Shown here: one piece after another, positions 1 through 10,969 of the stretch | How the letters are laid out: each line of letters starts with the position of its first letter | Numbering within the stretch: position 1 is the stretch's first letter | Assembly (NCBI GenBank): GCA_964016885.1 | Contig: OZ024741.1 | Coordinates: 256,060,001 to 256,124,000 of the forward strand | Reading direction: 5' to 3' | Length of the DNA stretch: 64,000 nt | Origin: Eledone cirrhosa | Taxonomy: Eukaryota | Translations under genes and position numbers: made by a program | Notes under the pieces: model-generated | Database searches by the model: none | Told to the model about the DNA's origin: nothing | Seen by the model: the letters and a program-made list of their open reading frames with translations, nothing else

Positions 1-1264
1 ATACGAGTGTTTCGATACGAGTGTTCTGACTTACGAGTGTTCTGACTTACGAGTGTTCTGACTTACGAGTGTTTCGACATACGAGTGTTTTGACTTACGG
101 GTGTTTCGACTTACGAGTGTTTTCACTTACGAATGTTTTGACTTACGGGTGTTTCGGCTTACGAGTGTTTCGACTTACGAGTGTTTCGGCTTACGAGTGT
201 TTCGACTTACTAATATTTTTACTTACGAGTGTTTCGGCGTACGAGAGTTTTGACTTACGCGTGTTTCGACTTACGAGTGTTTCGACTTACGAGTATTTTG
301 ACTTACGAATGTTTTGACTTACGGGTGTTTCGGCTTACGAGTGTTTCGACTTACGAGTCTTTCGGCTTACGAGTGTTTCGACTTACTAATGTTTTTACTT
401 ACGAGTGTTTCGGCGTACGAGTGTTTCGACTTCCGAGTGTTTCGACTTACGGGTGTTTTGACTGACGGGTGTATCGGCTTACGAGTGTTTTGACTTACGA
501 GTGTTTTGACTTAAGGGTGTTTCGACTTACGAGTATTTTTGGCTTACGAGTGTTTCGACTTACGAGTGTTTTGACTTACGAGTGTTCTGATTTACGGATG
601 TTTCGACATACGAGTGTTTCGACTTACGAGTGTTTCGACTTATGAGTGTTTCGACTTACGAGTGTTTCGACTTACGAGTGTTTCGGCTTGTGATTGTTTC
701 GACTTACGAGTGTTTTGACTTACGGTGTTTCAGCTTACGAGTGTTTCGACTTACGAGTGTTTTGACTTACGGGTGTTTTGACATACGAGTGTTTCGATAC
801 GAGTGTTCTGACTTACGAGTGTTCTGACTTACGAGTGTTTTGACTTACGAGTGTTCTGACTTACGAGTGTTCCGACTTACGAGTGTTCCGACTTACGAGT
901 GTTTCGGCTTACGAGTGTTTTGACTTAAGGGTGTTTCGACTTACGAGTGTTTCGATACGAGTGTTTCGACTTACGAGTGTTTCGGCTTACGAGTGTTTCG
1001 ACTTACGAGTGTTTCGACTTACGAGTGTTCCGACTTACGGGTGTTTCGACTTACGAGTGTTTTGGCTTACGGTGTTTCGACTTACGAGTGTTTCGAGTTA
1101 AGAGTGTTTTGACTTACGAGTGTTCTGATTTACGAGTGTTCTGACTTACGAGTGTTCTGACTTACGAGTGTTCTGACTTACGAGTGTTCTGACTTACGAG
1201 TGTTCCGACTTTACGAGTGTTTCGGCTCACGAGTGTTTCGGCTTACGAGTGTTTCGACTTACGA

Positions 1265-1333
1265 AAATAACAAATAGACGCGGTTTCAAATCTCTATGCT
1301 TTTCAAATTCATTACATTAATCTTTATTTATAC
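1265..1333 (+). repeat. 69-bp AT-rich island, copy 1 (major allele)
   Basis: AAATAACAAATAGACGCGGTTTCAAATCTCTATGCTTTTCAAATTCATTACATTAATCTTTATTTATAC, lying between CTTACGA and GTTTCGCTTTACGAG. Confidence 0.97.
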
Positions 1334-2559
1334 GTTTCGCTTTACGAGTGTTTCGACTTACGAGTGTTTCGACATACGAGTGTTTCGACTTACGAATGTT
1401 TTTGCTTACGGGTGTTTCGACTTACGAATGTTTTTGCTTACGAGTGTTTCGGTTTACGAGTGTTCCGACTTACGAGTGTTCCGACTTACGAGTGTTTCGG
1501 CTTACGTGTGTTTCCGGCTTACGAGTGTTTCAACTTACGAGTGTTCTGAATTACGAGTGTTCCGACTTACGAGTGTTTCGGCTTACGAGTGTTTCAGTGT
1601 TTCGGCTTACGTGTGTTTCGACTTACGAGTGTTTCGACTTACGACTGTTTCGGCTTACGAGTGTTTCGGCTTACGAGTGTTTTGGCTTACGAGTGTTTTG
1701 ACTTACGATTGTTTGGCTTACGAGTGTTCTGACTTACGGGTGTTCTGACTTACGAGTGTTTCGACTTACGAGTGTTTCGGCGTATGAGTGTTTTGACTTA
1801 CGAGTGTTTCGACTTACGAGTGTTTCGACTTACGAGTGTTTCGAATTACGAGTGTTTCGACTTACGAGTGTTTTGACTTACGAGTGTTTTGACTTACGGT
1901 GTTTCTGCTTACGAGTGTTTCGACTTTCGAGTGTTATGACTTACGGGTGTTTTGACATACGAGTGTTTCGACTTACGAGTCTTACGGCTTACGAGTGTTT
2001 CGACTTACTAATGTTTTTACTTACGAGTGTTTCGGCGTACGAGTGTTTCGACTTCCGAGTGTTTCGACTTACAGGTGTTTTGACTTACGGGTGTTTCGGC
2101 TTACGAGTGTTTTGACTTACGAGTGTTTTGACTTAAGGGTGTTTCGACTTACGAGTATTTTTGGCTTACGAGTGTTTCGACTTACGAGTGTTTTGACTTA
2201 CGAGTGTTCTGATTTACGGATGTTTCGACATACGAGTGTTCTGACTTACGAGTGTTCCGACTTACGAGTGTTCCGACTTACGAGTGTTTCGGCTTACGAG
2301 TGTTTCCGGCTTACGAGTGTTTCGACTTACGAGTGTTTTGACTTACGGTGTTTCGGCTTACGAGTGATTCGACTTACGAGTGTTTTGACTTACGAGTGTT
2401 TCGACTTACGAGTGTTTTGACTTACGAATGTTTTGACTTACGGGTGTTTCGGCTTACGAGTGTTTCGACTTACGAGTGTTTCGGCTTGCGAGTGTTTCGA
2501 CTTACTAATGTTTTTACTTACGAGTGTTTAGGCGTACGAGTGTTTCGACTTACGAGTGT

Positions 2560-5500
2560 TTCGACTTACGGGTGTTTTGACTTACGGGTGTTTCGGCTTA
2601 CCAGTGTTTCGACTTACGAGTGATTTGACTTAAGGGTGTTTCGACATACGAGTGTTTCGACTTACGAGTGTTTCGACTTACGAGTGTTTCGGATTACGAG
2701 TGTTTTGACTTCAGGGTGTTTAGACTTACGAGTGTTTCGATACGAGTGTTTCGACTTACGAGTGTTCTGACTTACGAGTATTCTGATTTACGGATGTTTC
2801 GACACACGAGTGTTTCGAATTACGAGTGTTTCGACTTACGAGTGTTTTGACTTACGGGTGTTTTGACATACGAGTGTTTCGATACGAGTGTTTCGACTTA
2901 TGAGTGTTTCGACTTACGAGTGTTCTGACTTACGAGTGTTCTGACTTACGAGTGTTCTGATTTACGGATGTTTCGACACACGAGTGTTTCGATACGAGTG
3001 TTTCGACTTACGAGTGTTTCGACTTATGAGTGTTTCGACTTACGAGTGTTCTGACTTACGAGTGTTCTGACTTACGAGTGTTCCGACTTACGAGTGTTTC
3101 GGTTTACGAGTGTTTCGACATACGAGTGTTTTGACTTACGGGTGTTTCGACTTACGGGTGTTTCGACTTACGAGTGTTTTGGCTTACGAGTGTTTCGACT
3201 TACTAATGTTTTTACTTACGAGTGTTTCGGTGTACGAATGTTTTGACTTAAGGATATTTCGACTTACGAGTGTTTCGACTTACGAGTGTTTCGGCTTACG
3301 TGAGTTTCGACTTAAGATTGTTCTGATTTACGAGTGTTCTGACTTACGAGTGTTTCGGCTTATGAGTGTTTCGACTTACGAGTGTTTCGGCTTACGAGTG
3401 TTTCGACTTATGGGTGTTTCGACTTACGAGTGTTTTTACTTACGTTGTTTCGGCTTACGAGTGTTTCGACATACGAGTGTTTTGACTTACGGGTGTTTCG
3501 GCGACGAGTGTTTCGACTTACGAGTGTATTGACTTACGGGTGTTTCGACTGACGAGTATTTTTGGCTTACGAGTGTTTCGACTTACGAGTGTTTTGACTT
3601 ACGAGTGTTCTGATTTACGGATGTTTCGACATACGAGTGTTTCGACTTACGAGTGTTTCGACTTATGAGTGTTTCGACTTACGAGTGTTTTGACTTACGG
3701 GTGTTTTGACATACGAGTGTTTCGATACGAGTGTTCTGACTTACGAGTGTTCTGACTTACGAGTGTTTTGACTTACGAGTGTTCTGACTTACGAGTGTTC
3801 CGACTTACGAGTGTTCCGACTTACGAGTGTTTCGGCTTACGAGTGTTTCCGGCTTACGAGTGTTTCGACTTCCGAGTGTTTTGACTTACGGTGTTTCGGC
3901 TTACGAGTGATTCGACTTACGAGTGTTTTGACTTACGGGTGATTTGACTTACGGGTGTTGTGAATTACGAGTGTTCCGATTTACGAGTGTTTTGACTTAC
4001 GGTGTTTCGGCTTACGAGTGATTCGACTTACGAATGTTTTGACTTACGGGTGTTTCGGCTTGCGAGTGTTTCGACTTACGAGTGTTTCGGCTTATGGGTG
4101 TTTCGACTTACTAATGTTTTTACTTACGAGTGTTTCGGCGTACGAGTGTTTTGACTTACGAGTGTTTCGACTTACGAGTCTTTCGACTTAAGAGTGTTTC
4201 GGCTTACGTGAGTTTCGACTTAAGAGTGTTCTGATTTACGAGTGTTCTGACTTGCGGGTGTTCTGATTTACGAGTGTTCCGACTTACGAGTGTTTCGGCT
4301 TATTAGTGTTTCGACTTACGAGTGTTTCGGCTTACGAGTGTTTCGACTTATGGGTGTTTCGACTTACGAGTGTTTTTACTTACGGTGTTTCGGCTTACGA
4401 GTGTTTCGACATACGAGTGTTTTGACTTACGGGTGTTTCGACTTACGAGTGTTTTGACTTACGAATGTTTTGACTTACGGGTGTTTCGGCTTACGAGTGT
4501 TTCGACTTACGAGTGTTTCGGCTTACGAGTGTTTCGACTTACTAATGTTCTTACGAGTGTTTCAGTGTTTCGGCTTACGTGTGTTTCGGCTTACGAGTGT
4601 TTCGACTTATGAGTGTTTCGGCTTACGAGTGTTTCGACTTACGAGTGTTTCGGCTTACGAGTGTTTCAGTGTTTCGGCTTACGTGTGTTTCGACTTACGA
4701 GTGTTTCGACTTACGACTGTTTCGGCTTAGGAGTGTTTCGGCTTACGAGTGTTTCGACTTACGAGTGTTTTGACTTACGAATGTTTTGACTTACGAGTGT
4801 TTCGACTTACGGGTGTTTTGACTTACGGGTGTTTCGGCTTACCAGTGTTTCGACTTACGAGTGATTTGACTTAAGGGTGTTTCGACATACGAGTGTTTCG
4901 ACTTACGAGTGTTTCGACTTACGAGTGTTTCGGATTACGAGTGTTTTGACTTCAGGGTGTTTAGACTTACGAGTGTTTCGATACGAGTGTTTCGACTTAC
5001 GAGTGTTCTGACTTACGAGTATTCTGATTTACGGATGTTTCGACACACGAGTGTTTCGAATTACGAGTGTTTCGACTTACGAGTGTTTTGACTTACGGGT
5101 GTTTCGGCTTACGAGTGTTTCAGTGTTTCGGCTTACGTGTGTTTCGACTTACGAGTGTTTCGACTTACGACTGTTTCGGCTTAGGAGTGTTTCGGCTTAC
5201 GAGTGTTTCGACTTACGAGTGTTTTGACTTACGAATGTTTTGACTTACGAGTGTTTCGACTTACGGGTGTTTTGACTTACGGGTGTTTCGGCTTACCAGT
5301 GTTTCGACTTACGAGTGATTTGACTTAAGGGTGTTTCGACATACGAGTGTTTCGACTTACGAGTGTTTCGACTTACGAGTGTTTCGGATTACGAGTGTTT
5401 TGACTTCAGGGTGTTTAGACTTACGAGTGTTTCGATACGAGTGTTTCGACTTACGAGTGTTCTGACTTACGAGTATTCTGATTTACGGATGTTTCGACAC

Positions 5501-7570
5501 ACGAGTGTTTCGAATTACGAGTGTTTCGACTTACGAGTGTTTTGACTTACGGGTGTTTTGACATACGAGTGTTTCGATACGAGTGTTTCGACTTATGAGT
5601 GTTTCGACTTACGAGTGTTCTGACTTACGAGTGTTCTGACTTACGAGTGTTCTGATTTACGGATGTTTCGACACACGAGTGTTTCGATACGAGTGTTTCG
5701 ACTTACGAGTGTTTCGACTTATGAGTGTTTCGACTTACGAGTGTTCTGACTTACGAGTGTTCTGACTTACGAGTGTTCCGACTTACGAGTGTTTCGGTTT
5801 ACGAGTGTTTCGACATACGAGTGTTTTGACTTACGGGTGTTTCGACTTACGGGTGTTTCGACTTACGAGTGTTTTGGCTTACGAGTGTTTCGACTTACTA
5901 ATGTTTTTACTTACGAGTGTTTCGGTGTACGAATGTTTTGACTTAAGGATGTTTCGACTTACGAGTGTTTCGACTTACGAGTGTTTCGGCTTACGTGAGT
6001 TTCGACTTAAGATTGTTCTGATTTACGAGTGTTCTGACTTACGAGTGTTTCGGCTTATGAGTGTTTCGACTTACGAGTGTTTCGGCTTACGAGTGTTTCG
6101 ACTTATGGGTGTTTCGACTTACGAGTGTTTTTACTTACGGTGTTTCGGCTTACGAGTGTTTCGACATACGAGTGTTTTGACTTACGGGTGTTTCGGCTTA
6201 CGAGTGTTTCGACTTACGAGTGTTTTGACTTACGGGTGTTTCGACTTACGAGTATTTTTGGCTTACGAGTGTTTCGACTTACGAGTGTTTTGACTTACGA
6301 GTGTTCTGATTTACGGATGTTTCGACATACGAGTGTTTCGACTTACGAGTGTTTCGACTTATGAGTGTTTCGACTTACGAGTGTTTCGGCTTACGAGTGT
6401 TTCGACTTACGAGTGTTTTGACTTACGGTGTTTCGGCTTACGAGTGTTTCGACTTACGAGTGTTTTGACTTACGGGTGTTTTGACATACGAGTGTTTCGA
6501 TACGAGTGTTCTGACTTACGAGTGTTCTGACTTACGAGTGTTTTGACTTACGAGTGTTCTGACTTACGAGTGTTCCGACTTACGAATGTTCCGACTTACG
6601 AGTGTTTCGGCTTACGAGTGTTTCCGGCTTACGAGTGTTTCGACTTCCGAGTGTTTTGACTTACGGTGTTTCGGCTTACGAGTGATTCGACTTACGAGTG
6701 TTTTGACTTACGGGTGATTTGACTTACGGGTGTTGTGAATTACGAGTGTTCCGATTTACGAGTGTTTTGACTTACGGTGTTTCGGCTTACGAGTGATTCG
6801 ACTTACGAATGTTTTGACTTACGGGTGTTTCGGCTTGCGAGTGTTTCGACTTACGAGTGTTTCGGCTTATGGGTGTTTCGACTTACTAATGTTTTTACTT
6901 ACGAGTGTTTCGGCGTACGAGTGTTTTGACTTACGAGTGTTTCGACTTACGAGTCTTTCGACTTAAGAGTGTTTCGGCTTACGTGAGTTTCGACTTAAGA
7001 GTGTTCTGATTTACGAGTGTTCTGACTTGCGGGTGTTCTGATTTACGAGTGTTCCGACTTACGAGTGTTTCGGCTTATTAGTGTTTCGACTTACGAGTGT
7101 TTCGGCTTACGAGTGTTTCGACTTATGGGTGTTTCGACTTACGAGTGTTTTTACTTACGGTGTTTCGGCTTACGAGTGTTTCGACATACGAGTGTTTTGA
7201 CTTACGGGTGTTTCGACTTACGAGTGTTTTGACTTACGAATGTTTTGACTTACGGGTGTTTCGGCTTACGAGTGTTTCGACTTACGAGTGTTTCGGCTTA
7301 CGAGTGTTTCGACTTACTAATGTTCTTACTTACGAGTGTTTCAGTGTTTCGGCTTACGTGTGTTTCGGCTTACGAGTGTTTCGACTTATGAGTGTTTCGG
7401 CTTACGAGTGTTTCGACTTACGAGTGTTTCGGCTTACGAGTGTTTCAGTGTTTCGGCTTACGTGTGTTTCGACTTACGAGTGTTTCGACTTACGACTGTT
7501 TCGGCTTAGGAGTGTTTCGGCTTACGAGTGTTTCGACTTACGAGTGTTTTGACTTACGAATGTTTTGACT
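2560..7570 (+). repeat. ~2.7-kb offset internal duplication (approx. 2560-4790 vs 5255-7570) plus a 454-bp tandem duplication (approx. 4645-5098 vs 5099-5552)
   Basis: ORF offsets 2668/5363 and 3110/5805 (2695), 4322/7097 (2775), 4909/5363 (454). The CAGT half-monomer marker lies at 4667 and 5121. Confidence 0.85.
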
Positions 7571-8976
7571 TACGGGTGTTTCGGCTTACGAGTGTTTCGA
7601 CTTACGAGTCTTTCGGCTTACGAGTGTTTCGACTTACTAATGTTTTTACTTACGAGTGTTTCGGCGTATGAGTGTTTCGACTTACGAGTGTTTCGACTTA
7701 CGGGTGTTTTGACTTACGGGTGTTTCGGCTTACGAGTGTTTTGACTTACGAGTGTTTTGACTTAAGGGTGTTTCGACTTACGAGTATTTTTGGCTTACGA
7801 GTGTTTCGACTTACGAGTGTTTTGACTTACGAGTGTTCTGATTTACGGATGTTTCGACATACGAGTGTTTCGACTTACGAGTGTTTCGACTTACTAATGT
7901 TCTTACTTACGAGTGTTTCGGCGTACGAGAGTTTTGACTTACGAGTGTTTCGACTTACGAGTGTTTCGACTTACGAGTGTTTTGACTTACGAATGTTTTG
8001 ACTTACGGGTGTTTCGGCTTACGAGTGTTTCGACTTACGAGTCTTTCGGCTTACGAGTGTTTCGACTTACTAATGTTTTTACTTACGAGTGTTTCGGCGT
8101 ACGAGTGTTTCGACTTACGAGTGTTTCGACTTACGGGTGTTTTGACTTACGGGTGTTTCGGCTTACGAGTGTTTTGACTTACGAGTGTTTTGACTTAAGG
8201 TTGTTTCGACTTACGAGTATTTTTGGCTTACGACTGTTTCGACTTACGAGTGTTTTGACTTACGAGTGTTCTGATTTACGGATGTTTCGACATACGAGTG
8301 TTTCGACATACGAGTGTTTCGACTTATGAGTGTTTCGACTTACGAGTGTTTCGGCTTATGAGTGTTTCGACTTACGAGTGCTTCGGCTTACGAGTGTTTC
8401 GACTTACGAGTATTTCGGCTTACGAGTGTTTCGACGTACGAATGTTTTGGCTTACGAGTGTTTCGGCTTATGAGTGTTTCGGCTTACGAGTGTTTCGACT
8501 TACGAGTGTTTCGGCTTACGAGTGTTTCAGTGTTTCGGCTTACGTGTGTTTCGACTTGCGAGTGTTTCGGCTTACGAGTGTTTTGACTTACGAGTGTTTT
8601 GACTTACGATTGTTTGGCTTACGAGTGTTCTGACTTACGGGTGTTCTGACTTTCGAATGTTCCGACTTTCGAGTGTTTCGGCTTATGAGGGTTTCGACTT
8701 ACGAGTGTTTCGGCTTACGAGTGTTTCGACTTACGAGTGTTTCGACTTACGAGTGTTTTGACTTACGGTGTTTCGGCTTACGAGTGTTTCGACATACGAG
8801 TGTTTTGACGTACGGGTGTTTCGACTTACGGGTCTTTCGACTTAAGAGTGTTTCGACTTACGAGCGCTTCGACTTACGAGTGTTTCGACTTACGAGTGTT
8901 CTGACTTACGAGTGTTCCGACTTTACGAGTGTTTCGGCTCACGAGTGTTTCGGCTTACGAGTGTTTCGACTTACGA

Positions 8977-9045
8977 AAATAACAAATAGACGCGGTTTCA
9001 AATCTCTATGCTTTTCAAATTCATTACATTAATCTATATTTATAC
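8977..9045 (+). repeat. AT-rich island copy 2 (variant AATCTATATTT)
   Basis: Same 69-mer with one T>A change, shared with copy 5. Confidence 0.97.
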
Positions 9046-10900
9046 GTTTCGCTTTACGAGTGTTTCGACTTACGAGTGTTTCGACATACGAGTGTTTCGG
9101 CTTACGAGTGTTTTGATTTACGAGTGTTTTGACTTACGGGTGCTTCGACTTACGCGTGTTTCGACTTACGAGTGTTTCGACTTACGAGTGTTTCGACTTA
9201 CGAGTGTTTCGGCTTACGAGTGTTTTGACTTACGAATGTTTTGACTTACGATTGTTTCGGCTTACGAGTGTTTCGACTTACGAGTGTTCTGACTACGAGT
9301 GTTCTGACTTACGGGTGTTCTGACTTACGAGTGTTCCGACTTACGAGTGTTTCGGCTTATGAGTGTTTCGACTTACGAGTGCTTCGACTTACGAGTGTTT
9401 CGGCTTACGGGTGTTTCGACTTACGAATGTTTTTGCTTACGAGTGTTTCGGCTTACGAGTGTTTCGGCTTATGAGTGTTTCGACTTACGAGTGTTTTGAC
9501 TTACGGGTGTTTTGACATACGAGTGTTTCGATACGATTGTTCTGACTTACGAGTGTTTCCGCTTACGAGTGTTTCGGCTTACGAGTGTTTCGACTTACTA
9601 ATGTTTTTACTTACGAGTGTTTCGGTGTACGAGTGTTTCGACTTAAGGATGTTTCGACTTACGAGTGTTTCGACTTACGCGTGTTTCGACTTACGAGTGT
9701 TTCGACTTACGAGTGTTTTGGCTTACGAATGTTTTGACTTACGGGTGTTTCGACTTACGAGTGTTTCGGCTTATGAGTGTTTCGACTTACGGGCGTTTCG
9801 ACTTACGGGTGTTTCGACTTACGAGTGTTTTGGCTTACGAATGTTTTGACTTACGGGTGTTTCGACTTACGAGTGTTTCGACTTATGAGTGTTTGGACTT
9901 ACGAGTGTTTCGGCTTATGAGTGTTTCGACTTACGAGTGCTTCGGCTTACGAGTGTTTCGACTGACGAGTATTTCGGCTTACGAGTGTTTCGACGTACGA
10001 ATGTTTTGGCTTACGAGTGTTTCGGCTTATGAGTGTTTCGGCTTACGAGTGTTTCGACTTACGAGGGTTTCGGCTTACGAGTGTTTCAGTGTTTCGGCTT
10101 ACGTGTGTTTCGACTTACGAGTGTTTCGACTTACGACTGTTTCGGCTTACGAGTGTTTCGGCTTACGAATGTTTTGAATTACGATTGTTTGGCTTACGAG
10201 TGTTCTGACTTACGGGTGTTCTGACTTACGAGGGTTCCGACTTACGAGTGTTTCGGCTTATGAGGGTTTCGACTTACGAGTGCTTCGGCTTACGAGTGTT
10301 TCGACTTACGAGTGTTTCGGCTTACGAGTGTTTCGACTTACGAGTGTTTTGACTTACGGTGTTTCGGCTTACGAGTGTTTCGACATACGAGTGTTTTGAC
10401 GTACGGGTGTTTCGACTTACGGGTCTTTCGACTTAAGAGTGTTTCGACTTACGAGCGCTTCGACTTACGAGTGTTTCGACTTACGAGTGTTTCGGCGTAT
10501 GAGTGTTTTGACTTACGAGTGTTTCGACTTACGAGTGTTTCGACTTACGAGTGTTTCGAATTACGAGTGTTTCGACTTACGAGTGTTTTGACTAACGAGT
10601 GTTTTGACTTACGGTGTTTCTGCTTACGAGTGTTTCGACTTACGAGTGTTATGACTTACGGGTGTTTTGACATACGAGTGTTTCGACTTACGAGTGGTTT
10701 GACTTACGGGTGTTTTGACATACGAGTGTTTCGATAGGAGTGTTCTGACTTACGAGTGTTCTGACTTACGAGTGTTCTGACTTACGAGTGTTCTGACTTA
10801 CGAGTGTTCTGACTTACGAGTGTTCTGACTTACGAGTGTTCCGACTTTACGAGTGTTTCGGCTCACGAGTGTTTCGGCTTACGAGTGTTTCGACTTACGA

Positions 10901-10969
10901 AAATAACAAATAGACGCGGTTTCAAATCTCTATGCTTTTCAAATTCATTACATTAATCTTTATTTATAC
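10901..10969 (+). repeat. AT-rich island copy 3
   Basis: Major allele. Confidence 0.97.

Noticed and set aside
440-456. Canonical CENP-B box
   Set aside because: The TTCG to CGGG spacing is 5 nt rather than 7 nt, so it is reported only as a resemblance.
590-612. Telomerase-type repeat (T/G-rich strand; ACGGATGT and GGTGT recall budding-yeast telomere repeats)
   Set aside because: Those strings occur only in minority variants. The array is at least 64 kb with inherited variants, islands and kb-scale duplications, which indicates recombinational amplification rather than templated addition. A subtelomeric location cannot be excluded.
1265-1333. Island as an actively transposing MITE or SINE
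   Set aside because: All copies share the same junctions, orientation and flanking rare monomers, so they derive from one event. There is no convincing TIR, poly(A) tail or Pol III box.
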